Part shown: piece after piece, positions 12,990-24,120 of the stretch
Position numbering within the stretch: the stretch's first letter is position 1
Layout of the letters: each line of letters opens with the position of its first letter
From: Gonapodya sp. JEL0774
Taxonomy: Eukaryota
Direction: 5' to 3'
Assembly (NCBI GenBank): GCA_027604505.1
Contig: JADIIX010000007.1
Location: 1 to 64,000 of the forward strand
DNA: 64,000 bases
The notes under the pieces: model-generated
Seen by the model: only the letters and a program-made list of their open reading frames with translations
What the model was told of the DNA's origin: nothing
Databases searched by the model: none
Translations under genes and position numbers: made by a program

Positions 12990-15030
12990 TCACGCGTTAA
13001 CCAACTTTGCACCATCCCCTGCCTCACCCTCATTTCCCCCCCCTTGTTCAATTGGTTCTCCCTCTTCCCTTACACTCTGAGCCTTTACCTGCCTCAATGC
13101 AGATCCAATTCCAATTCCATCCCAAAACTCTACGTCCGCCTGTCCCTTCACGACCGGCACCACCGCCTGGCCAATGACACTGCCGGGAGCGTGGCCCCAT
13201 GTGTGAGATCGCATGCCCAAGGATTGTGTAGAGAGGCCGATCGCCAGACCTGTGCGGAGGGGCATTTGAGGTTCCCCCATGAGGACAGTGGCGGAAGGAG
13301 TACTTGGGGGGGTCGATGATGTGACTGGGGAGGACGGGTGTCGCTTATGGGAGTAACTCGGCATCGGCTTTGCTTGCGACGATCCTGGTCCGTTGCCGTT
13401 ACACTCTCCTTCCACCTGCAGCTCCATATGCTGCAACGTCGCTCCCGCCTCAACCTTCTCACCGTGAACGAGCTGCGCGTGCCATGGGACGTGAATCCCG
13501 CGGACGTGCAGAGGAAGGAGCGGGACTGGTTTTTCCGCAATTGTGTGCGCAAAAGGACCAGAGGAAGGCAAGAGGTACCAAGATGGTAGCGCAACGAAAA
13601 CGCTGCCACCTAAAAGGAGTCAGCAAAAGAAGCGAGCTGCAGCATGGGAACACACGGAGTCCTCTGCATTCCTTGCTCACCTATGATATTGCCTATAGTG
13701 ACAGGAATTAAATTCAAGAACAAATCCGCCGTAGAAATCTGATCGGGAGCGTATAACACTATCGAATTTGTTTTTATCAAGAATGAAGAGACTTTGTAAT
13801 CATGTCATCGGCGGTACGGGTACGGGGAAACTCACTGGCAGTCGGGATGAAGAACACTTTTAACGTGGTCCGATTGCGCAAAAAGGTGAGAATACTCAAT
13901 GGAGGCTGATGACGCAGCATGCAGCGTGAGAATGATGAGCTCACTGTTCGCAATTGAGTGTTCGAATCCGCACGTTACAAATGCCCATATGGGGAGATAG
14001 ATCTGGCGGCGAAAGGTTTGGTCACGACAATGGGTGAAATAAGAAGACATAGAAAAGGCGAAATGCAGAACCTGTTCTCACCCCTAGTATCTTTCCCTCC
14101 ACACTTTCCGCAGTGATCGCAAAGCACACGGCCAGACACACCAGCCAATTACAACCAATGCCCTTGAGCACCAGATGACCGAAATCCGCCGAGACTTTCT
14201 TATGTGCCACCGACACAATGTAGGTTCCCCACGTGGAATTGGCGCCGGCGAGAACATCAGGGAGGTATGTGAGGAAGTAAGCGACAAAGAGGGCACCAGT
14301 GAAATTGAAAGTCCAAGAGAGAAGCCAATTTTTGAGGAGGTCGAGGAGGGAAGCACGGCGCTCCAGCACGGAAGCCTGGTGAGAGGATGAGAAGTGTGGA
14401 GATTGCGCCTCTAACGGGGCGGATACAGGTGCAAAAGCGATCCCGCCTCAATACCACTCCACAAGACACACTCACCGCCAAGTACATCACATTGCTCGTG
14501 AAAAGCTCTCCTCCTTCAAGCACCACGGCAACCAAACCGACAGGGAACACCAGGCCATACAGGAGTTTTGGGACGCCTGGATGCAGTGTCCGGAACGCCG
14601 GATCAAATCCGCCACCAGCAATGACGGCAAAAAGGCCACCAAATGCTATTATTGGAAAGAGGAAGTTTTCTGTGAATGAATGGAATGAATTTGGCTTGCT
14701 TTCAAGTGGCGAACACGTACCAATAAATGCACCGGCTAAGAACGAACGAACGATAACATGTCCGATTACGGTTTGGCGACCCTTACCGCATGGTGGGGTG
14801 AGAAGCATCAGGAAATTGTACCAACGAGCTTCGGCCCTGTGGCACTCTGATGAGGACACCAACCTTCTTGACGCCATATGCGACAATAGATTGCGTTGCC
14901 TCGTGACTAAAATATGATGGAACAGAGGCATAGCATATGAGAGACAAGCGCACAGAAAGAGAAGCGGCAAGTGAACAGCGGAGAGAAACAGGGCGAATTG
15001 ATTGCTATCACGCGATGTCGGAAATGGCAT
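12990..15030 (-). CDS. Formate/nitrite transporter (FNT family) with a long disordered C-terminal tail
   Basis: SFLAGAFIG/FGG, LVFPVGLVAVVLEGGELFTSN, NWLLSWTFNFTGA, LKGIGCNWLVCLAV, GKILG/IYLPIWAFVTCGFEHSIAN: the canonical FNT motifs including ELFT.N and FEH.IAN. Confidence 0.93.
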
Positions 15031-15489
15031 CTTTCTTTCCGAGCCGACGAGCTTGCGTTTGAATTGTACTTACGGGGATTTGTAGAGACCCATTTGGATG
15101 ATGAAGTCAAATACAAGATGCGAGGGCGGAGAAGAATGGGGGGAAAAGATGAAGAATTGAGCCCTTAACGTCACTGAATTGAGTGAGTTTCAATGGATTT
15201 CAATCGGTGAAAGTTGCGTTGCTGATGGAGGTGAAATCAATCGCATCTTGGAGCATTTCCCGACTTCCTAAGGCGCAGGTGTCACCGGTGAGTCACGATC
15301 ACAGTGTCTTCCAATGCTCGGTGAACTTGAATTAATTAGTTTTATTCCATCCTTCCCTGTAGCTCTCATTACAATACAAACTGTAAGAGTAAGAACGCAT
15401 AACTTTCGGCGAAGAGTTTCGTACATGTGCATAACGTTTATCGCACGTCACCCTCGGCGCCCACGACTGTAACTATTGCGTCAAAGAAT

Positions 15490-16170
15490 TCACCATCTCT
15501 TGCAGATGATTACGTTGGTAGTCGCATTGGCAGCCAGGTACTGGGAGACGGACCCCAAGAGTGCTCTGCAAACCGTCGTTCAGGATTGCTATTCTCATGC
15601 TTTCTGTTTCCATAAAGACGCACCTCTGCACTGCCCCAAGTCCTCGACTTCCAACAACAATTGCATCTGCGCCCAATTTTTCCGCTCGGTCGACAATTGT
15701 CTCAGCAGGGGGCCCCTTGATGATTTCGCAGGTGAAGTTCACATCCGAGAGGCCGAGTTTGTAAGTAGACTAGAAAAACCTAAATGCAGTGGACTTTGAG
15801 TCGATCAGAAAAGGCGCCTTTGAGGACCTTACGTTCAGATTTTCGAGTTTTGTGCGAGCAGCAGCTGAGACTCTCCGCTGCATGTCCATAATTACATCGG
15901 CACTAAGATCCGCACTGACTCTTCCCCCTGAGGCGGCCGAAAGATCCTATTGTCGAACATAGTGTTGTGGGTATTATATTGAAGTGCTACTGTTGGGCAT
16001 GAGGGACCTTCCCCGGCATCACCCGCACCAAAACCCACCTTACTCGCATGCATAATCACCACCGTATCTCCTGTCTTTACGTGATTTTTTACTGCCCAGT
16101 CCACAACAGGGTTGCCTTTGAACCCTTCGTCTGAAATTTTGTCAACCGCAATGATGACAGTCCGTGACAT
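15490..16170 (-). CDS. Universal stress protein (UspA family)
   Basis: MSRTVIIAVD...VVDWAV...GDTVVIMHA; GPPAETIVDRAEKLGADAIVVGSRGLGAVQR; ALLGSVSQYLAANATTNVIICK (ATP-binding G-x2-G-x9-GS motif). Confidence 0.93.
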
Positions 16171-16469
16171 GGTAGATGATGACGTTGGATTACTGAGAGG
16201 CAGGTTAAGAATGATTCTGGCGAGAGAACATTAAAGTCAGGAAGGGTGAGTCGGTGGAAGTCGGGAAATGGAACGCGGGAATGTGAGGCGATGAGGAGAG
16301 CAGTTAACGGCCACTGAAAGGTTTGGCTTCAAGGCACGAGCTGGACTTAACGTGAAAAGAGAGGATTGTCCAATCGGTCTACCGTGGATTTAACTGTGAC
16401 TCAAAATGAAGGGTGAGGGGAGCACCGTGTGTCATTCTCGCTTTTACAGAAACCATAATGCGGTTCACA

Positions 16470-18486
16470 TCATACTCTATTACGTACAAACATATTCATT
16501 GTTTTACTTCGGGTCCAAAGGAGATCTGTAGCTTCCCCTCCATCCCCTATCCAAAAAAAATTTCCAAGAATGGGATCAAACTCCTCTCCAATCCCCCACC
16601 CCCCTACCAACCGCACAGGCGCCCTCAAGCTAAAGATCATTCGTACACGAATTCCTATCCCACAGGCAGGCTTGATGAATGCACAATCAGAGAGAAGAGA
16701 ATCAGATTCACATACCAGAGTGAAGAACTCAGCACGGCGATCCGGCGTTGCGAAGGAGAGACGGAGAGGTTGCGAGTCGGTGTACCTGCGATACAAAGGT
16801 TGTGTCAAAACCCACACCACAGGAAACAGAAATCGCTCACCTCAACCCGTCAATAGATATCCCAATCTTCCCCCTCATATCATTCATATCAACATAAGCT
16901 TGGTAGAACTCCATCTCATAAACAGTGTCTTCGTGGAACACAAACGCTTCCTGCTCCTTCAAGTCGGAGAAGAACTTCTTGCGGGCTTTTACTCTGGCAT
17001 CAGTTTCCATGTGTGCGCATTTTCGGGGGTCGGCGCCGAATATCACTGTTTCCGGTATGCTTGAAGCAGGAATCCACGGTTCTGTTGGGGCGGGAAGTGG
17101 GAGGGGAGGATAGTGCGGAGGCACAAACATGTGGCCCTTTTTGGTGTTTTGGTGGTGGTGCTGGTGGTGTGGATCGGTGTGATGGATATTGGTGTGGGAC
17201 GAGGAGAGCGCGTGTTTGAGCATTTCTGACGTGCGACGGGCCAGGTTACCAATCCCGCTGCCGTGAGATTCGTGGCCATCGTGGTGAGGGGGTGCGTGAC
17301 CGTTTGGGTCGACACTACCTGGTGCGGGGAGGGGTTCTAGGTCCATATTACTGGACTCTGGATGTACCGCCGCCTGAGACAGTCCGGGAGCGAGAATAAG
17401 CGTCTTGTCAGTGGCTGCGGAGTCATCAGAGCCCGCGTATTTAGATCGCGCATCGTTCAATGTGGGATCGGTTGGCTTTCCCGCTCCTGTTATCTCCCGC
17501 AATCGCCGATAAAACTCGGAATGCCGGGCATAATCGTCTTCTGAGTGGTCCTCGCGGCGAAGTTCGGAAGGCGGGTACACCTCATCGTCAGCCATGTCCG
17601 TGGATTTCTCAAGCGCGGCGCTTGGAGTGTTAGACACCCTACCGCCTTTTGCGAGGACGTCTTTAAACTTCAGACCCTCTCCAACCGTCACAGTTGCCAA
17701 GGCATCCATACTGGCTAATACAGGTGTGGACACCCAAGGTTGCTCCTTGTCAAGCATGTGAGCGGCAGAGAACGAGCTGTCAAACATCCTGACAAACTCT
17801 GTTGCAATCCTTATCGTCAGAGGAACGTTCACAAGTTTTCTATCGCAGTGTCCAATCAGGTTGACATCCCGTCCGGTCCACCGATAACCCAGATCCGGCC
17901 TCGCCAAGTTTGTGGGCTTAAACCTCCCTCTAAGCTGAAAGGCGAATACTCTCTTTCTAGTTCTGAAGTATGGGTCCTGGTCCGGGTTCTGGACAGACAA
18001 CGAGGAATCGGTTGGGTGGGGGTTGCCATGCCCTTTTGGGCTAGCAGGGTGTTCCTCCCCCGACTTGTAAGCGAACCTCCTGATGCGTATTACTAGCTCG
18101 CCTGAGAAGTGGGGAGTGTCGATGGCGATCACTCGTGAGTTTGGCACGGACCAGTGGATTGTAGGAGGGGGAAGTGTCCTGGAGCAAGTGCAGGCGTATT
18201 GAGAGGTCGGACCATCTACGTATTTGGCGAGGTCAGTGTGTGTATGGCGAGAGGTCGAGGGGACAGTTGGCGATTGCGCGGCATCTCCCAAATTGAGGGT
18301 GTGGTCGCTCTCCGAGTTCAAGGGGAACACGCAGCCCAGATACCCGACGCGGATACGAACGACCATTTGATGCGAGAGAATATCGAGTACGCGAGGCGGA
18401 CTCTCCACGGGTGTGGTGGATGGAGCGAGGACAACGTCGGGCTGGGCTATGATGTCAAGGGTGGTCGACAGGTTTGCTGGGACCAA
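16470..18486 (-). CDS. DUF1769-family protein
   Basis: IDTPHFSGELVIRIRRF, PYFRTRKRVFAFQLRGRFK, PWVSTPVLASM, ARKKFFSD...FVFHEDTVYEMEFY and a final exon QPLRLSFAT. A His-rich insertion lies around 17140-17290. Confidence 0.8.
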
Positions 18487-19568
18487 GGGACTTCATGCCA
18501 AAATCTGCGACGACTCTTGATCTCGCAAAAACCTGTCACTCATATCGACTACGATATCAATTGATTTATTTCAAGATGCCGTTACTGGCATAAACTGTTT
18601 AATGCCCTCACTGCCCTATCTGCCGACCACGATACACCATCCGCTTCAGAGACCCAGAGCACACGACATGAGTCGCCAATGAAGGCAACAGCAAATCAAT
18701 TCGCACCAAGAGTCGACAATGGCCTTGTTCATACAATAGTTTGCAAACATCTCCAAAACGGGGATTCCGCTTGGGACTCTACGAGTGGTACACTTGTCAG
18801 AGAGAACGGTATATAGACATGCATACGGGAATAAGAAAAATTTGAGTAAAATATGGAGTCAACCTAGCAGAGCTCGTGGTCCAGGAGGCCGTCAAAAGAG
18901 TGCGAAGAGTCGATGCCGAAGCAGGCCGGGATGTCAACGACTGGGACACCCCACACCAAATCAAATTAGCTTGCGCGAGTCTGAGGACCTATACGGCCTC
19001 CCATCTCGACATCAAAATTTAAGATCGTGCATTGAACGATGATCTCATCGGCTCAAAGTTTCAGATTTGCTTCTCGTTTGAGCGGGTGATGGATGTTTAC
19101 GGCTGTCGTAAGGTTACCTAAAATCTTTCATCCTCTTTGAGCTCCCAATCCAATCCGCGAAAGAGGTCCACAGAAAACGCGGAGCGTGGACAAGGGCCAC
19201 CAAACTTCACAGTCTACCTGTAACCTGCGACAACAATTCCGCTCTGGAGGTGGGGGGCCGTGTGTATGTCACAATCAGTATTAGGAACACTCCGTTAACT
19301 CATGTAATACATCTTTGCGTGTCAAACTCAGTTACATTAAATTCCATGTACTCAGCCACCAAATCGGCGTCATTGAGTAAATCGATTTCCTTTGAAATAC
19401 TTTTAGGGTTGGCGGCGAATGATATGCAATTGGACTTTCAATCTGCACTGCGGTGGCTTTTGCGGGACAGTTGCCAGACGGGCAGTGTCGTGGTATTGAC
19501 ATCCCACAGAGTCACATGCCGCAGGACCCTGATGGTCTGACGTGGCGGCCGAGGCGTTCTGTTATATA

Positions 19569-20144
19569 CAGTCGGATTCCGCTAGCTGCAGGCCCTCGGG
19601 AGAGAGAAACTGCCTGCAGATACAGCGAAGCTGCAGGTGGAAAATGTGATCCAGCTTTCAAGAAAAAAAATTGCTTTATGCTTTACACCATTGAACTAAA
19701 AAAATTAAAAATTTTAGATGTTTTTGGGCCACTTACAGGTGAACAGAACAAATTGTGTGTTGAGATGATGGTTCATGGGTTAGGCCAATGGCACAGTTCA
19801 AGGCATGAGTAACAGATGGCTTGGAAAAGTCACATATGAACAGTGCGGCTTGGTTAGAAATACCACTCACGGCACTGGAAATGTGGAACACTTGAGGTCT
19901 GCTTCATAGTTTAAGTCTGAGATCAGATTTGCTTACTTTCTGCCAGCCATAACATGCAGAAGTACTCAATTAAAGGCTCCCCCGTCGCTCTGGCAGACTC
20001 TCACTAACTGCAGGTCCGCCTTCTAAACCTTGAGCGGGCCTGCCAATGGCAGATACAGGAAAAAGCTGCAGATGCCTATTCAACCATGTTGGGAGAACAG
20101 AGGTGGCTGCAGATACCAGGTGTGCAGCTAGCAGAGTCTGACTG
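19569..20144. mobile_element. Non-autonomous DNA transposon (MITE), Tc1/mariner-like
   Basis: 22-bp terminal inverted repeats CAGTCGGATTCCGCTAGCTGCA (19569-19590) and TGCAGCTAGCAGAGTCTGACTG (20123-20144) match at 19/22. Each end is flanked by TA (19567-68, 20145-46). There are internal GCAGATAC-type subterminal repeats and no transposase ORF. Confidence 0.8.
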
Positions 20145-20199
20145 TACAGACAGATAGTTACAAATATACAATCATATCACACATCTTCTCCTTCCCTTC

Positions 20200-21080
20200 A
20201 GATCATTGCCAGTGTCAGCTGATGCCAAACATAAATGGGTTATCCATAAGCAAGAAGCTCTTGCCATCGTATGGTCATGCGATTCCTTCTGCTCCTACCT
20301 TTATGGTGCAACATTTGAAGTCCTCTCAGACCATGAGTCCTTGCAGTGGCTCAAAGACTCTTCAAAACCTGGCCACGTGACTTGATGGGCAATCTGACTG
20401 GCGGAATTCAACTTCAGTCTGAGCTACTGTCTGCGGACAAAGAACTGCAATGCAGACTCACTCACACATCATGCGCAGCCAGCACCCACAGACACTGATC
20501 TGCATTTTCCACCAGCATTGGCACCTACTCTTGCTCTGCTGATGCCTGAACTCATTGAGGACAATGACGACAAGATTGATGAACCACTGAGTTCTTATGC
20601 CACATTCTCACCAAACAGCATTGAACTCCTCACCATTTCTTGCGCTGCACCCTCTCCAAGCCCGATTGAACTCCTTACTGTCAGTTTGGACACACACAAG
20701 TTCCGGCTCCAGCTTGATCCTCACCAAAAGGCCCCTTTTTGCGTATCTGTCAGCAGGTACACCTCTAACAGATGCTTCCAAACAGCTCCTTGCACAAGCC
20801 ACCCTGCATTCAATCAACCCTTCTGGCATCTTTGTCCAGCACAGTGAGATCTTTAGTGGTAACACCTGGATCAAAGTGGACCTCATTTGTGTTCCTCGCA
20901 ACTGTAAAGAGGAATTCCTGAGAGCTTACCATGAGGACTCTCTAGCTGTGCATGCTGGCACTCCAAAGATGTGGGAATCTCTTTGCAAGCGTTTCTTTTG
21001 GCCAGGCATGTTGCGTGACATTTGTCACTGGGTGGTAGCTTGTGTAACTTGCCAGAGCCGCAAACTGTCCAAACTCTGTG
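20200..21080 (+). mobile_element. Degenerate Ty3/Gypsy pol fragment: RNase H and integrase HHCC zinc-binding domain
   Basis: QEALAIVWSCDSFCSYLYGATFEVLSDHESLQWL...T*WAI*LAEFNFSLSY...NADSL (RNase H). YHEDSLAVHAGTPKMWESLCKRFFWPGMLRDICHWVVACVTCQ (HHCC). In-frame TGA at 20383 and 20395. Confidence 0.92.
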
Positions 21081-21183
21081 GGTTTGAGCATACCTTTTCT
21101 GCAGCATATGAGGTATTTTCGTTGTTTCTATGTAAAGTAGACATGAGTAGAGACACAAATAAAAGCAATTTTTGACTCTACAC

Positions 21184-21780
21184 TCACAGAATTGGACTTT
21201 GCTCCCAATCTTCTGTAGTTGTGTACCATGACTGTGGATCGATTGTGATCACTTGCAGTGGAGCAAGCACACTCTCAAAGAGCCACCCTGGACCCAGAAA
21301 ATGTGGTTCACAATGGAAAGAATCGACTGATTCATACAATTTGGGCTTTAGGTAAAATGTGACTGTGGGAATTTGGAGCATGATGTATGATGCGTGGTAA
21401 GGGCCAAGTCCAGCAGCCACAATGCCCAGGGTGCAACAAACGTCTCCACAACCTCCCAGGGAATTGGTTTTGCAATGCTCTCGTTTGCCTCTTCCAGTGC
21501 AACCAGCAGTTTGTAGAGAAGTTGCGTGTGAGTCCTGGGTTGGCTCCCTCTCCATCCCAGGTGTCTGACCAGCACCTGCCAGACTTGTCCTGAACCTTTC
21601 TACAGCTGCAGCATACAAAAATTGTGCATGAACATGTGGGCCTAGGTCGTCCAAGGTGTCGTTCATCTTTTCTGAAGCAGTGTCCTCCCTTCTTTCTCAC
21701 TTCCGAAATCCCACGCCAGCGATTTGTTTGTTGACAGAAGCCAAAAGCACTCACTTCAAGTACTAGCAGCAAAAAGGATC
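21184..21780 (-). pseudogene. Unidentified CpG-poor decayed sequence between the Gypsy relic and the tRNA
   Basis: Overlapping broken minus-strand ORFs and a visible scarcity of CpG like the adjacent TE relics. No recognisable motif. Confidence 0.25.
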
Positions 21781-22220
21781 GAGGAATGTGAATTCAATGG
21801 GAAACAAAGGGAAAAGAGTGAGCATGTGGCTTGGTGGAATCCACCAATGGACAGTTGTGTGGCCACAGAGCGTGAGAATCGTGGGAATCAAACTCCACAA
21901 AACAAAGAGGTGTTTTGCCTTTATCGCTTGATGGGGGTGCACTTTGTGTAAAGTTTTATTTTACACCTGAATACACATGTGTGATTTAACCCAGGGGAAG
22001 ACAGACAGAGAGCACACTTTTCAAACGCTTGAAAGACAGACAAATAGTGTTTATTCTTTCGAGCTGAAACTGTAGGAGAAAAGGACTTTCAGCTGCTTAT
22101 GCCCCCAATAGACGCAGAGAGTGCGAGGAATGATTGAGTGGGAAAGAACCTGACCACCAGTGGTTGCATTTATTACAAAATAGTCATACATGGATAGCGC
22201 CTTAGCTATGCATAAGTCGG

Positions 22221-22293
22221 CGGGTTGTAGCTCAGATGGCAGAGCGCGTGCTTAGCATGCACGAGGTACGGGGTTCGATCCCCCGCAGCTCCA
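22221..22293 (+). tRNA. tRNA-Ala (anticodon AGC), copy 2, with C at position 1
   Basis: CGGGTTGTAGCTCAGATGGCAGAGCGCGTGCTTAGCATGCACGAGGTACGGGGTTCGATCCCCCGCAGCTCCA is identical to copy 1 except at base 1. It is followed by a TTTTT Pol III terminator at 22295-22299. Confidence 0.93.
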
Positions 22294-22396
22294 CTTTTTG
22301 GCACGTCATTGTTTTGTTTTCACAGAGCAGATGAAGCCCGGAGCCACTTTCCAGTGCGTGTCTGCGCGTCTGTGCTGCACCGCCCGGACTTGGCGG

Positions 22397-23946
22397 TCAA
22401 GTGAGTTTCCCCGAATCCCGATCGCGTCTCCTGAAAACTTTGGGAACTAATGACCCCTGTACCTTCTTCTGTGTTTCTAACCTTCCATGTCCCATCTTTT
22501 TCATACTACCAAGCTGAAGAACCGAACGGTTGAGCGGTGACGGAAGTAATATTAGAGACTGGAGAAAGTGGCCTGTTTGTTGTGAAGATCCGTGGTTCAT
22601 GAACCCCAATAACGAGTCCGTCAAACCAGACGAAATATAATCAAATTTTTTTCGCTGGCCGTGATAGCCATGCAACCACTCGCACGTTTTCACTTGTTGG
22701 CTAGGGTGCAGTAGTATGGCATGGGTAAGTATAATCACAGTGATAGATAATAAATGGTACTACTGGCAAGGAACCCTATTGATTCCATAGAGCCCAAGAA
22801 ACAAAACTATCTCAGGTCGTTATATTGTTGCCTGCAAAAGTGAAGTTCGAGCTCTTCCGGCCCTCAACCCATCGTAGCCGTCGCTCCAAGTCCACGAGCT
22901 GGGCTTGCAGCTCTTGCTTTTCATGTACCAAATCCTCCTTTTCCTGACGCTCAGCCTCAAGCCGCTGCAACGCAGCAGAAAGTTTCAGCTCCACTTGCAC
23001 AACTCGTTCCTCATTCCGCGCCCGTGCGACTTCCTGCGCAACTCTGACGGTCGCTAATTCCACAGTTGCTGCTTCGTACCGATCTTGAAGCTGCCAGACG
23101 TCCATAACGGTGAGAAAACCACGAAGATTTACACGAGTTCATCACATGGAGACACACACCTCCTCTGCCTTAGACTTCCAAGCTTCGTACGCCGTGAACA
23201 ATTCATCATCCTTTGCTTTCAACTGGTTGAAAGCGTCTATCCAACTCCGAGCAACGTCCACACAATCGTCTCTTTCTTGAGTGATTTTCCAACAATGTTC
23301 CTGGAGCTCCGCCAACATCTCCGCAAGATCCGCTGCTGTTACTCGAGGGATATTTGTACCATCCGATTCTGATCCCCTTTCCATATTTGGAGAGTAAGAT
23401 CGGTGACCATTGGTGTCGGAGTAACGTGGGTGGAGAACTTCGTGTGGCTGCAAGTCTCGGCGTGGTGAAGCACCAGACTGCTGCTCAATCGCAGGTGATT
23501 TTGACCGTTTCGGCGTCCCGACACTCCTGCTTCTCTTCCCTGCCGACTTTCCTCGTGTTCTAGATCCACCACTCGAACCCACACTCCCGTGGGCTCCTGT
23601 CAAATCTCCCGATGGACGTCGGTCCGGCGAGCTTTGGTCTCCAACCATCACTGCAGCTTCTTTCAAAGGGAAAGGTTGCTGAGTACGGGAAAGGAAATTC
23701 TGATGTGTTGTGCGAGACGGAATCGGATGATTGTACGAACAAATGAGACGACGGCGAGCTTAACTCAGCTGGATATGCAAAACTTGACTCACAAGATATA
23801 TCTTCCGGGCTTCCGTCTAAAGGTCGGAGCTCCAAATCGCAGCAGTGAAAGGTTTTGAGTTTTTCAGATGCCAGATCCTCAAAACGTTGGTGGACCTGCG
23901 GCAGGCACTCCAGATGATGGCTGTTTGTGCCAGTAATGGAGGCCAA
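22397..23946 (-). CDS. Hypothetical coiled-coil protein, multi-exon
   Basis: ORFs 23142-23666 and 22812-23105 are E/Q/R/K-rich heptad-like sequence (LAEMLAELQEHCWKITQERD..., LSAALQRLEAERQEKEDL...) separated by GT-AG introns. Confidence 0.6.
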
Positions 23947-24120
23947 CCAAACAACAGTCGATCAGACGTGCTTCACAAAACATACATCTCTATCTACTAT
24001 AGTATGGTGAACTTCAAGTGTTATGCTTCAAAACTCCCCGGTACCGACCCCATGGAAGGACATAAACCGACGAAAGCACAACTTGTGTCCCAAACTTCCG
24101 TGAACCACTTATCCAAGTCA

